A stretch of DNA of 51,176 nucleotides from Candidatus Nomurabacteria bacterium RIFCSPLOWO2_12_FULL_40_42. GTDB lineage: Bacteria; Patescibacteriota; Minisyncoccia; Phycocordibacterales; UBA9973. This document shows positions 1 to 9,073 of this stretch, piece after piece (position 1 is the first letter of the stretch; every line of letters begins with the position of its first letter). The stretch covers positions 1 to 51,176 of the forward strand of contig MFVS01000024.1 in assembly GCA_001786195.1 (NCBI GenBank). The letters are read 5' to 3'. The notes below the pieces were generated by a model. That model did no database searches, had not been told where the DNA came from, and saw nothing but the letters and a program-made list of their open reading frames with translations. The translations under genes were made by a program, and so were the position numbers.

Positions 1-177
1 ACACACCTTAAACGAACTAAATGGTTTTGAAGAAGATAAGGAGTGGGCGTTGCGAAGCAACGCCCACGCTGTTTCGCCCGTTTTCGCCAATGAATTCTGG
101 GTTCGGAAGGGAGCCCCGCCTTCGGCGGTGCGCACTGTTTTTTCGCCAAGAAGGAGGTTCGCATCAAATGCAATTTT
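1..177 (-). repeat. Inverted, diverged copy of the recombinase 3' region (matches 1725-1885 and 1664-1678); probably continues beyond the window edge
   Basis: 1-161 is the reverse complement of 1725-1885 with one mismatch; 163-177 matches 1664-1678, i.e. an in-frame 45-bp deletion relative to the gene copy. Confidence 0.93.
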
Positions 178-340
178 AACTAAATACAAAAAGAATTTTT
201 GTTGCATAAATATTTTTGGTATACTGGCTATGCACACAATTATTATTAGTAAATCAGCAGAAATGGTTATGCTAGAACAATTTTGATTTACGTTGAAATT
301 GTGTGCCTAGCATAACCATTTCTGCTCCAAAAATAAATAT

Positions 341-2059
341 ATGCAAAAATTCTTTTTGTATGCTCGCAAGAGTACTGATGTCGAGGACAAGCAAGTGTTA
401 AGTATTGAAGCACAACTCACCGAATTGCGGGAGTATGCCAAGCGAGAGGATATTATCATTTCCGCCGAAGTGGTAGAAAAACAATCTGCGAAATACATTG
501 GTCGTCCATTGTTTAATAAGATGTTAGATGAGATTGAAAAAGTCGGCGGAAACATCCTCGCATGGAACCCCGATCGTCTCGCCCGCAATTCGGTGGACGG
601 AGGTCGGGTGATTTATCTCCTCGACACGGGAAAACTTGCGAGCCTGAAATTTCCTACTTTTTGGTGTGATAACACTGGTCAGGGGAAATTTATGCTCAAC
701 ATGGCTTTCGGGCAAAGCAAATACTATGTGGATTCTCTTTCCGAAAATACAAAGCGTGGACTTCGCCAAAAAGTTAGAAACGGAGAATACCCAACGCTTG
801 CTCCTGTCGGATACATAAATGATTCTCGGATAAAAAGTGTCATTGTTGATAGAAAGAAAGCGAAAATCATCAAGCAAGCGTTTGAGCTGTATGTGAAAGG
901 CAACCAACGACTTGAAGACATCGCAAACTTTTTGGCGAAGAAAAATATAATTTCGAAAAGAGGAAACATAATCCACAAATCCCGTGCGACTTCAATTTTA
1001 TCAAATCCTTTCTACACTGGATTGTTTCGCTATGGTGGCGAACTTCATGAAGGAAAGCACGAGCCAATCATTTCAAAGAAACTTTTTGACCAAGCACAGG
1101 AAATGTTGAAACTTCGTGGTAAACCAGACAGAAAAGCAAAGAATGAACCTCAATCATTTTGCGGACTCATTTCCTGTGCTTCATGCGGAATGATGATAAC
1201 TGGCGAATACAAGGTTAAGAAACAAAAAAATGGAAATGTTCACGAATATATTTACTATCACTGCACCAAGAAAAACAAAAGTGTGAAATGTAAAGAACCT
1301 TGTATTCGCCAAGAGGAATTAAGTAATCAGTTATCATCGATCATTCAAAAAGTTTCTTTGCCCAAAGACTGGGCGGAGGAATTAAATCGCATAGCGTTAG
1401 AAGACCACAAAAACTCCGCCCAGTTTTTAACTGCTGGTGTGAAAGAGAAAGAAGAAAAAATACAAAATATCAAAATCAAACTGGAGCGACTTCTCACAGG
1501 ATACCTTGACCAAGATATTGAAAAAGAAATATATCGTGCTGAAAAATCAAAATTATTATTTTCCAAGAAGTCGCTAGAAGAAGAAATTATCTCTCTTTCA
1601 CACAAGCAAAATGCTTGGCTCGAACCTTTCCAAAACTGGGTAAAAGTCGCACAGGGATTGGACAAAATTGCATTTGATACCGACCTTTTTGCAAAAAAGG
1701 TCGTAGCCAAAGAAATCTTTGGCTCGAACCTGCTTCTTGGCGAAAAAACAGTGCGCACCGCCGAAGGCGGGGCTCCCTTCCGAACCCAGAATTCATTGGC
1801 GAAAACGGGCGAAACAGCGTGGGCGTTGCTTCGCAACGCCCACTCCTTATCTTCTTCAAAACCATTTAGTTCGTTTAAGGTGTGTCTGGAAGGAATCGGA
1901 CCTTCGACCTCTGTCTTATCAGGACAGCGTTCTACCACTGAACTACAGACACAAATTTTACTACCGGGGTCAGGACAGCGTTCTACCACTGAACTACAGA
2001 CACAAATTTTACTACCGGGGTCAGGACAGCGTTCTACCACTGAACTACACACTCGATGA
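341..2059 (+). CDS. Large serine recombinase (resolvase catalytic domain, recombinase domain, Zn-ribbon, coiled coil)
   Basis: N-terminal YARKS and DRLAR motifs, SENTKRG, CASCG...YYHC Zn-ribbon; the C-terminal ~60 codons run antisense through tRNA-Ile and tandem repeats. Confidence 0.93.
   Translation: MQKFFLYARKSTDVEDKQVLSIEAQLTELREYAKREDIIISAEVVEKQSAKYIGRPLFNKMLDEIEKVGGNILAWNPDRLARNSVDGGRVIYLLDTGKLASLKFPTFWCDNTGQGKFMLNMAFGQSKYYVDSLSENTKRGLRQKVRNGEYPTLAPVGYINDSRIKSVIVDRKKAKIIKQAFELYVKGNQRLEDIANFLAKKNIISKRGNIIHKSRATSILSNPFYTGLFRYGGELHEGKHEPIISKKLFDQAQEMLKLRGKPDRKAKNEPQSFCGLISCASCGMMITGEYKVKKQKNGNVHEYIYYHCTKKNKSVKCKEPCIRQEELSNQLSSIIQKVSLPKDWAEELNRIALEDHKNSAQFLTAGVKEKEEKIQNIKIKLERLLTGYLDQDIEKEIYRAEKSKLLFSKKSLEEEIISLSHKQNAWLEPFQNWVKVAQGLDKIAFDTDLFAKKVVAKEIFGSNLLLGEKTVRTAEGGAPFRTQNSLAKTGETAWALLRNAHSLSSSKPFSSFKVCLEGIGPSTSVLSGQRSTTELQTQILLPGSGQRSTTELQTQILLPGSGQRSTTELHTR
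1881..1952 (-). tRNA. tRNA-Ile (GAT)
   Basis: Minus strand GTGTCTG TAGTTCAGTGGTAGAACG CTGTC CTGATAA GACAG AGGTC GAAGG TCCGATT CCTTC CAGACAC A folds into a cloverleaf with anticodon GAT; CCA not encoded (CCT). Confidence 0.92.
1919..2054. repeat. 51-bp tandem repeat (2 full copies plus 1 partial) containing the 5' half of tRNA-Ile
   Basis: Unit tcaggacagcgttctaccactgaactacagacacaaattttactaccgggg at 1919-1969 and 1970-2020; partial, diverged third copy from 2021. Confidence 0.95.
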
Positions 2060-2128
2060 AAAAACTATAACAAAAATACGCTATCCAAGCAAATTTGCTT
2101 GATTTTTAAAATTTGATAAAATTAAATC

Positions 2129-2596
2129 ATGAAAAAGATAGTCATGGTCAGCGGGGGATTTGACCCGGTTCATGTTGGTCATGTGCGAATGTTTGAAGAG
2201 GCTAAGAAATTGGGCGATGAACTGGTGGTGGTGATAAATAATGATGATTGGAAAAGAAAAAAAAGGCGTCACGTTTTTATGCCGGACACTGAGCGTAAAG
2301 AAATAATACAAGCATTTAGATGTGTGGACCGGGTAGTTTTGACGGGGCATAAGAATCCAGAAAACCCGCAAGAAATGAGTGTCATCCAAGAACTACAAAA
2401 AATAAAACCGCACATTTTTGCAAATGGAGGAGACAGAAATGAAGAAGATGCTAGAAATCCAGAGTCGTCTTTGTATTATGAAGTAGAGGTGTGTAAGAAG
2501 CTTGGTATCGAGATGTTTTTCAATATTGGACATGGTGGAAAGGTGCGCAGTTCTTCAGAATTATTAAAAGAATATGCTAAAATAATAAAAAAATAA
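2129..2596 (+). CDS. Cytidylyltransferase-like nucleotidyltransferase (HxGH family, TagD/RfaE/RibL-like)
   Basis: SGGFDPVHVGH motif, ANGGDR, C-terminal SSS motif. Confidence 0.85.
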   Translation: MKKIVMVSGGFDPVHVGHVRMFEEAKKLGDELVVVINNDDWKRKKRRHVFMPDTERKEIIQAFRCVDRVVLTGHKNPENPQEMSVIQELQKIKPHIFANGGDRNEEDARNPESSLYYEVEVCKKLGIEMFFNIGHGGKVRSSSELLKEYAKIIKK

Positions 2597-3394
2597 ATGA
2601 AACCTTTAAATTTCAAAAAACTTCAAAAAAAAGATTTATTTGTTTTTGATTTAGATGGAACTCTGATAGAAACAAAATCACCTCTGGAAGATGATATGTC
2701 TGAATTAATAACTTGGCTTCTGAAGGTAAAAAAAGTCGCTATAATTGGGGGAGGAAAATACGATATTTTTCAAGAATTATTTATTCGCAAACTCAAATGT
2801 CCAAGGGAGCTTCTTAAAAACCTTTTTTTGTTTCCTACTACTGCAACCTCTTTTTATAGGTATAATAATGGTTGGAAAAACGTTTATGCCAAACTTTTGA
2901 CTATTTCTGAAAAAAACAAAATTAAAAAAGCCTTTCTAGATGTATTTAGAGAAATGGGATATAATCATCCTAAAAAAACTTATGGACAAATTATAGAAGA
3001 TCGGGGAACTCAAGTATCTTTCTCTGTATATGGACAGGATTTAGTTCGAGTCTTGGGCGACAAGGGTGTGAGAATAAAAAAAAAATGGATAAAGGATAAA
3101 AATAATTTAAAAACTAAAATGAAAATTGCCAGGCTGATGGCAAAAAAACTTCCTAACCTGAAGGTAGTAGCGGCCGGATTTACAACTATTGATGTAACTA
3201 GGCGGGGAATTGATAAAGCTTACGGTATTCACCAGATTCAAAAGCATTTAAGAATCCCGATAAATAATATGTTTTTTATCGGTGATGCCATATTTCCAGG
3301 TGGGAATGACTATGCGATTGTCAAAACAGGGGTAGATTATGCAGCGGTAAAGGGACCTGCAGAAACAAAAAAAATTATTCTTCAGATATTGTAA
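2597..3394 (+). CDS. HAD-superfamily IIB hydrolase, phosphomannomutase-like
   Basis: FDLDGTL, IEDRGTQ, GFTTIDV..GIDK, FIGDAIFPGGND motifs. Confidence 0.8.
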   Translation: MKPLNFKKLQKKDLFVFDLDGTLIETKSPLEDDMSELITWLLKVKKVAIIGGGKYDIFQELFIRKLKCPRELLKNLFLFPTTATSFYRYNNGWKNVYAKLLTISEKNKIKKAFLDVFREMGYNHPKKTYGQIIEDRGTQVSFSVYGQDLVRVLGDKGVRIKKKWIKDKNNLKTKMKIARLMAKKLPNLKVVAAGFTTIDVTRRGIDKAYGIHQIQKHLRIPINNMFFIGDAIFPGGNDYAIVKTGVDYAAVKGPAETKKIILQIL

Positions 3395-3444
3395 AATTTT
3401 TATGAATTGGATAAAATCTAATATAGTTATATAATATCAAGAAC

Positions 3445-3795
3445 ATGGAAAAGTTTAAACCATTTACAAAAGAGCGTCCTTGGGGAAATTTTAGGCAACT
3501 CACACATAATAGTTCCTCTACCGTAAAAATTCATAAAATTAAACCCGGGGAAGCAACCAGCTGGCAAAGTCACGCTAAACGCTCTGAATTTTGGTATATT
3601 GTAAGTGGCGATGGCCAAGTACTTATTGAAGACAAAAAATACAATGTAACTCCAGGTAATGAATACAATGCTCCGGTTGGGGCGAAGCATCGCTGGATGG
3701 CAGGACCGTCTGGCATGGTATTAGTTGAAGTCGCTAACGGAGACTTTGACGAAGAGGATATAGTTCGTTATGAAGACAAATATGGCCGCGCTTAA
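3445..3795 (+). CDS. Cupin, mannose-6-phosphate isomerase type II C-terminal domain
   Basis: ERPWG, SWQSHAKRSEFW, DEEDIVRYEDKYGR. Confidence 0.88.
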   Translation: MEKFKPFTKERPWGNFRQLTHNSSSTVKIHKIKPGEATSWQSHAKRSEFWYIVSGDGQVLIEDKKYNVTPGNEYNAPVGAKHRWMAGPSGMVLVEVANGDFDEEDIVRYEDKYGRA

Positions 3796-4909
3796 AAAGA
3801 AGAAAAAAATAATAAAGAGAAAGATACCAAAAACCGTTAAACGAAAAACAGTAGTAAAAAAAATAGCTGTCAAAAAGAAAAAGACTTCTGTTCTTAATCT
3901 CAAAAGATCCAACAAAAATCCGATTATCACTCCCACTAGCGGCAGATCCTGGGAATCCAAAGCCAGTTTCAATCCCACTGCTATTTTTCATGATGGAAAG
4001 GTTCACATTATTTACCGGGCCATCGGAGATTCCGATAATTCGGTTTTGGGTTATGCACAAAGCACTGATGGCGTTAGTTTTGACCAAAATTTCAAAGAAC
4101 TGGCGTATTCTCATGCAAATGCCCAATCTTTTTCTAAAACAGAGCCGCAAATTAACTATCTCTCCGGCGGCGGCTGGGGTGGCGGATGTGAAGACCCACG
4201 GTTGACACTTTTGGGCGACCAAGTGTATATGATATACACAGCTTTCGATGGATGGGGATCGGTGCGGATGGCTTTAACTTCGATTAGTTTGGACGATTTT
4301 ATTTCTAAACGTTTCAATTGGAAGAAACCGGTTCTTATTTCTCCGCCCAGTGAAATACATAAAAATTGGGCTCTTTTTCCTGAAAAAATACGAAAAGGCG
4401 GAAAAGAGAAATATGCTATTTTGCACGCCATTTCCCCGAAAATTATGATAGATTATTTTGATAGTTTGAATGAACTAGACGGAAATAAATATATTTACAG
4501 TGTCCACCAAGGCAGTCGCCTGTGGGAATCCCGGGATAAATTGACCCGCGGCATCGGGCCGTCTCCCATCAAAACCAAATATGGCTGGCTGGTTTTGTAT
4601 CACAAAATGGAAAAGCATGAAACGCATCGTTACAAACTTTGGGCCATGTTGCTTGATAGTAAAGATCCAACTAAAATTCTCCATGATTCAGAGCAACCGA
4701 TTTTGGAACCCGACGAATGGTATGAAAATGAGGGATACAAAGGCGGAGTGGTGTATTCCTGCGGCGCGATTGTAAAAAATGGAGAATTATTTGTCTATTA
4801 CGGCGGGGCGGATAAAGTTTCTTGTGTCGCCACGGCAGATTTGGATAAATTTTTGAAAGAGTTGGTTCATAAGAGTGGGTCTAAACTAAAAACTAAAAAG
4901 ATTATTTAG
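3782..4909 (+). CDS. GH130-family glycosidase/beta-mannoside phosphorylase with Lys-rich N-terminal extension
   Basis: FNP, CEDPR, HKNW, YYGGAD motifs; start taken at ATG 3782. Confidence 0.85.
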   Translation: MAALKKKKKIIKRKIPKTVKRKTVVKKIAVKKKKTSVLNLKRSNKNPIITPTSGRSWESKASFNPTAIFHDGKVHIIYRAIGDSDNSVLGYAQSTDGVSFDQNFKELAYSHANAQSFSKTEPQINYLSGGGWGGGCEDPRLTLLGDQVYMIYTAFDGWGSVRMALTSISLDDFISKRFNWKKPVLISPPSEIHKNWALFPEKIRKGGKEKYAILHAISPKIMIDYFDSLNELDGNKYIYSVHQGSRLWESRDKLTRGIGPSPIKTKYGWLVLYHKMEKHETHRYKLWAMLLDSKDPTKILHDSEQPILEPDEWYENEGYKGGVVYSCGAIVKNGELFVYYGGADKVSCVATADLDKFLKELVHKSGSKLKTKKII

Positions 4910-4917
4910 TATTGTTA

Positions 4918-5508
4918 ATGAAGCACGAAATTGTACAAAAACTTCATAAGAATTTTAATGATTATGCTCAAAAAACTGAAAATGGTTTAGAGTTTTGGTT
5001 TGCTCGCGATTTGCAAGCATTACTGGGATACGAACAATGGAAAAATTTCCAAAAAGTAATTGAACGAGCAAAAATAGCTGCTCAAACAGCGAGTTTATCT
5101 GTTGCTGACCATTTTGCCGACGCCGGAAAAATGGTCTTGACAGGATCTGGGGCGAAACGTGAAATTGACGATATAGCTCTTACTCGGCACGCTTGTTATC
5201 TGATAGCGCAAAATGGCGATCCGCGAAAAGAAGAAATTGCTTTTGCAATGGCATATTTTGCGATTCAAACACGCAAACAGGAATTAGTTGAAAAAAGAAT
5301 TCCAGAAATGGAACGCCTTGGTTTTCGAGAAAATCTAACCAACTCTGAAAAAGAATTGTCGGGAATTATATATGAACGCGGAGTAGATAATATGGGTTTT
5401 GCTCGTATTGTTCCTGAAAACTTGCCACCAGAAGAAGATATTAAAAAAGTTGAGAGACGATTGAAATCGGAAGATAGAAAATTTCTAAAAGGGAGCAAGA
5501 AAAAATAA
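4918..5508 (+). CDS. dinD: DinD-like (BRO-N domain) protein, apparently internally shortened
   Basis: WFARDLQ.LLGY, LTRHACYLIAQNGDPRK, YFAIQTRKQE, PENLPPEEDIKK. Confidence 0.75.
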   Translation: MKHEIVQKLHKNFNDYAQKTENGLEFWFARDLQALLGYEQWKNFQKVIERAKIAAQTASLSVADHFADAGKMVLTGSGAKREIDDIALTRHACYLIAQNGDPRKEEIAFAMAYFAIQTRKQELVEKRIPEMERLGFRENLTNSEKELSGIIYERGVDNMGFARIVPENLPPEEDIKKVERRLKSEDRKFLKGSKKK

Positions 5509-5514
5509 AATTTT

Positions 5515-7482
5515 ATGTACGTCGTCAAAAGATCCCATCACAATCCAATTCTTGTTCCCGATAAAGACCATTACTGGGAAGATTTTGCCACTTTCAATAT
5601 GAGCGTGGTGAAAGCTGGCTCTATGTTTTACGGCGTTTACCGAGCTATCTCGGCTCCGGATAGGCTGCGCACCCCGGAGAAGATTTCGATTATAGGCATC
5701 GGTCGGTGCCGGGACGGGGTGCATTTTGAAGAACGGGTGCCGTTTATCATCCCACAGGAAGACTGGGAAAAATACGGCTGTGAAGACCCGCGCATTACTT
5801 TTTTTGAAGGAAATTATTATATATTTTACACCGCGCTTTCCAAATATCCTTTCGAAGCAAGCGGTATTAAAGTCGCGGTCGCCATCTCTAAAGATCTAAA
5901 AAAAATCAAGGAACGGCATTTAGTAACGCCTTTCAATGCCAAAGCCATGACCCTTTTTCCGGAGCGCATTACCGGCAAAATCACCGTGCTATTTTCGCTC
6001 AACACCGATATACCGCCTGCGAAAATCGCCGTCGCGCAAATGGATCGGATCGAAGATTTGTGGAATCCAAAATTTTGGGAAGAATGGTCTAAGGATGTGG
6101 ACAAGCATGTCATCGATTTAAAAAAGTCTCCTTATGACCATATCGAAGTCGGCGCTCCGCCGATCAAAACTTCGTATGGCTGGCTTTTGGTGTATTCGCA
6201 TATTCAAAATTATTTTTCTTCTCCGGAAAATCTGGACCGCATATTTGGAATTGAGGCGGTGATTTTGGACTTGGATAATCCGCTCCGAGTTCTCGGGCGC
6301 ACCCGCGGTCCGCTCCTCGTCCCCCGGGAATCATACGAGCTTTTAGGTCATGTTCCAGATGTGGTTTTTCCTACCGGAGCGATTATCAAAAAGTCTGCTC
6401 GAGGCCTGCCGGGCGGAGATACGCTCTACATATATTATGGGGCGGCGGATATGACCAATTGCGTCGCCCATGTGAATCTGCACGATCTAGTGCGGACTAT
6501 GCTTCCGGGCTGGAGTTCACGTTATCATTTTGCGCGGGCGGCAGAGAACCCTATTATTACCCCTGACAAGACCCACCAGTTTGAAGCCAAGGCGACTTTT
6601 AACCCTGCTGTCATTCGTATACACCACACCACGCATATATTGTATCGAACCCTATCCAATGACAATACTTCTTATATCGGCTATGCCGCGAGCAAGGATG
6701 GGGTTCATATTGACGAGCGATTGTCTGAACCCATATATGGTCCACGGGAGGATTTTGAATTAAAGAAAATCTCTGGAGGTAATTCGGGCTGTGAAGATCC
6801 TCGGGTGACAAAAATAGGAAAAGTTGTTTATATGTGCTACACGGCCTTTGATGGCATAGGCCCGCCTCGAGTCGCAGTTACTTCTATAACCGAAAAAAAT
6901 TTCTTGCGTAAGAATTTTATATGGGAAAAACCGGTTCTCATAACCCCGGTTGGTTTTGATGATAAAGATACCTGCATTTTTCCGGAAAAAGTCAAAGGCA
7001 ATAATCAGAGTCAGTATTTTATTTTACACCGAGTTGGCAATGATCTTTGTGGGGATTATTTGAAAACGCTTAATTTTAAAAAAGACACAGTCAAAAAATG
7101 TATAAGAATTATAGGGCCTAGGATAAACAGCTGGGACAGTTCCAAAGTAGGTATCTCTGCGCCGCCCATAAAAACAAAAGCTGGCTGGCTGCTCTTGTAT
7201 CACGGTGTTTCCAAAAGTCACAATACTTATCGCATTGGAGCTATCCTCTTAGATCTCAAAGATCCAACTATAGTCCTTGCGCGCACGACTGATCCTATCT
7301 TTGAGCCGCAAGAACTGTATGAAAAAGTCGGGGTAGTCAACAACGTAGTTTTTCCCTGCGGGATGGCGGTAAAAGATGGCCTGCTTTATATTTACTACGG
7401 TGGGGCAGATACCGTGGTCGGAGTGGCCACCATCGAATTGGATATTGTTTTGGGAGCTCTTACGAGGGATGTGAAGAAGTAG
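5515..7482 (+). CDS. Tandem double-domain GH130-family glycosidase/phosphorylase
   Basis: Two complete repeats, each with FN, CEDPR, VVFP.G and YYG.AD motifs. Confidence 0.87.
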   Translation: MYVVKRSHHNPILVPDKDHYWEDFATFNMSVVKAGSMFYGVYRAISAPDRLRTPEKISIIGIGRCRDGVHFEERVPFIIPQEDWEKYGCEDPRITFFEGNYYIFYTALSKYPFEASGIKVAVAISKDLKKIKERHLVTPFNAKAMTLFPERITGKITVLFSLNTDIPPAKIAVAQMDRIEDLWNPKFWEEWSKDVDKHVIDLKKSPYDHIEVGAPPIKTSYGWLLVYSHIQNYFSSPENLDRIFGIEAVILDLDNPLRVLGRTRGPLLVPRESYELLGHVPDVVFPTGAIIKKSARGLPGGDTLYIYYGAADMTNCVAHVNLHDLVRTMLPGWSSRYHFARAAENPIITPDKTHQFEAKATFNPAVIRIHHTTHILYRTLSNDNTSYIGYAASKDGVHIDERLSEPIYGPREDFELKKISGGNSGCEDPRVTKIGKVVYMCYTAFDGIGPPRVAVTSITEKNFLRKNFIWEKPVLITPVGFDDKDTCIFPEKVKGNNQSQYFILHRVGNDLCGDYLKTLNFKKDTVKKCIRIIGPRINSWDSSKVGISAPPIKTKAGWLLLYHGVSKSHNTYRIGAILLDLKDPTIVLARTTDPIFEPQELYEKVGVVNNVVFPCGMAVKDGLLYIYYGGADTVVGVATIELDIVLGALTRDVKK

Positions 7483-7505
7483 AAAAGTATGATATGATAT
7501 ATTAT

Positions 7506-7799
7506 ATGAAACCAGAATCATTTAAACCAATAAAAAATAGAATAGATGCCGAAAGAAATAAAAAAATCAAAGATATCTTGTTAAAATTAAGTGCCAGAGG
7601 AGACTATGAATATATGGATGAAATTGCAGAATTTTCTAGAAATTTAGAAAAAAAATACTCCGATGCCAGGAAACATATGATATTTCACGATTTAATAGGA
7701 AGTGGGTTACCTGCAACTTTCGAAGCAACATACGATGATTTTCCAGGTGAAGACTCAGTCGAAGAATTTGTGAATGACTTATCAAAAAAATATAAATAA
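7506..7799 (+). CDS. Hypothetical protein
   Basis: AT-rich ORF filling the gap between GH130 and hpf; start uncertain (7494 or 7506). Confidence 0.6.
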   Translation: MKPESFKPIKNRIDAERNKKIKDILLKLSARGDYEYMDEIAEFSRNLEKKYSDARKHMIFHDLIGSGLPATFEATYDDFPGEDSVEEFVNDLSKKYK

Positions 7800-7800
7800 T

Positions 7801-8196
7801 ATGCAAATAAATTTACTGGGTAAAAATATGGAGGTGACGGAGGCCATACGAGACTATGTGGTAAAGAGAGTTACTAATTTGGGGAAATTGCTCTCTCGGA
7901 TTGAAGAAGGGAAGGGGAAAGTGATGGTAAATTTTGAAGTTGGCAAGAGCACCAATCACCACAAATCAGGCGACATTTTTCATGCGGATTGTTTGATTAA
8001 AATAGATGGGAAAGAATTTTATGGCAGCGCTGACAAGGAAGATTTGTATGAAGCCGTGGATGCCGTCAAGGACAGTCTGTATAACGAAATAAATAAAAAC
8101 AAAGATCGAAAAAAGGCTCTCTTTAAGCGAGGGGCGCTCAAAATCAAAGAAATGATAAAAGGGATCTCTCGAAAAAATTCTTTTACTTCAAAATAA
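7801..8196 (+). CDS. hpf: Ribosome hibernation factor HPF/RaiA
   Basis: GKNMEVTEAIRDYV, EDLYEAVD motifs. Confidence 0.88.
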   Translation: MQINLLGKNMEVTEAIRDYVVKRVTNLGKLLSRIEEGKGKVMVNFEVGKSTNHHKSGDIFHADCLIKIDGKEFYGSADKEDLYEAVDAVKDSLYNEINKNKDRKKALFKRGALKIKEMIKGISRKNSFTSK

Positions 8197-8225
8197 ATTA
8201 GTTACGTAATTAACTACGTAATAGA

Positions 8226-9068
8226 TTACATAACTCTATAATCAATTTCTTTTCCATTTTCCGGAATGATTTTTTCGATGATAAATTTATTATCTTCCAG
8301 TCTAGCTTTGGTGATTATTATTCTCCTGCCATTTTGAAAAAAGAAAGTTCTGGGCCAAAGAGCGTAGGCTCTGAATTTATTGTAATTTTTTATTGCATCG
8401 CCATCTAAATCAATGAGTCCATCTTCTTTTTTTATTTTTTTGCAGTAGGTTGCTTTGGAACCGTCTTGTTTTACCCCTACCCAGCCGGGGGTCTGTAAAA
8501 TTTTTACCAAAAGTTCTCCCCCGATTTTTACCAAGCGTTTGCGCAATTCCGGAGCTTTTTCGTCAGCAAAAATATTTACTTTTTCTTGGGCTATTATATC
8601 GCCAGAATCCAATTCATACGCCATTTTCTGGATGGTGACTCCTGTTTCTGTTTCTCCATTTAAAATAGCTGATTCAACAGGGGAAGCCCCGCGGTATTTT
8701 GGCAGAAGGGAATAGTGAATGTTTAAAGAGCCAAGTTTTGGCATATTTATAATTTTTTCCGGCAGGATTTTTCCATAGGCGATGACTATAAATAGATTAA
8801 ACTCAGCATCCCTACCCAACCTCCCCCTTGATAAGGGGGAGGTGCCGAAGGCGGAGGGGGTAATTTCCCCTGGCTGAATATACGGAATTTTATTTTCTTC
8901 AGCCCAAACTTTCACCGGCGGCGGAGTAACGAGCATTTTGCGCCCCTGCGGTTTGTCCATAGAAGTGACAATAAGCGTTGGCAAAAATCCTTCTTGTTTT
9001 AAAATCTCTAATGTTTCGGAAGCAACATCCGGCGTTCCAAAAAATACAAAATTTAAATTACTGCGCAT
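8226..9068 (-). CDS. fmt: Methionyl-tRNA formyltransferase (with in-frame palindromic insert)
   Basis: FFGTPD, NIHYSLLPKYRGASP, LDSGDI; adjacent to def. Confidence 0.95.
   Translation of the reverse strand: MRSNLNFVFFGTPDVASETLEILKQEGFLPTLIVTSMDKPQGRKMLVTPPPVKVWAEENKIPYIQPGEITPSAFGTSPLSRGRLGRDAEFNLFIVIAYGKILPEKIINMPKLGSLNIHYSLLPKYRGASPVESAILNGETETGVTIQKMAYELDSGDIIAQEKVNIFADEKAPELRKRLVKIGGELLVKILQTPGWVGVKQDGSKATYCKKIKKEDGLIDLDGDAIKNYNKFRAYALWPRTFFFQNGRRIIITKARLEDNKFIIEKIIPENGKEIDYRVM
8810..8862. repeat. Palindromic mini-element family A (CCTCCCCCTTGATAAGGGGGAGG core), in frame inside fmt
   Basis: Related copies at 15905-15980, 31151-31199, 35196-35244. Confidence 0.8.
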
Positions 9069-9073
9069 GGAAT

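Noticed and set aside
50-286. 78-aa ORF at the window start
   Set aside because: Mostly the antisense reading of the duplicated recombinase end; no independent coding evidence
1345-2052. 235-aa antisense ORF, and similar shadow ORFs such as 17256-17954, 25876-26463, 26984-27613, 38731-39399
   Set aside because: They lie opposite well-supported genes and have no recognisable motifs; best explained as antisense shadows
1919-2054. CRISPR array
   Set aside because: The intervening 17-nt segments are identical, the repeat is a tRNA half, and no cas genes are present
1881-2054. Intron-containing or split tRNA using the outermost 5' half
   Set aside because: The outermost acceptor strand GAGTGTG mispairs with CAGACAC at two positions, while an uninterrupted, well-paired tRNA already exists at 1881-1952
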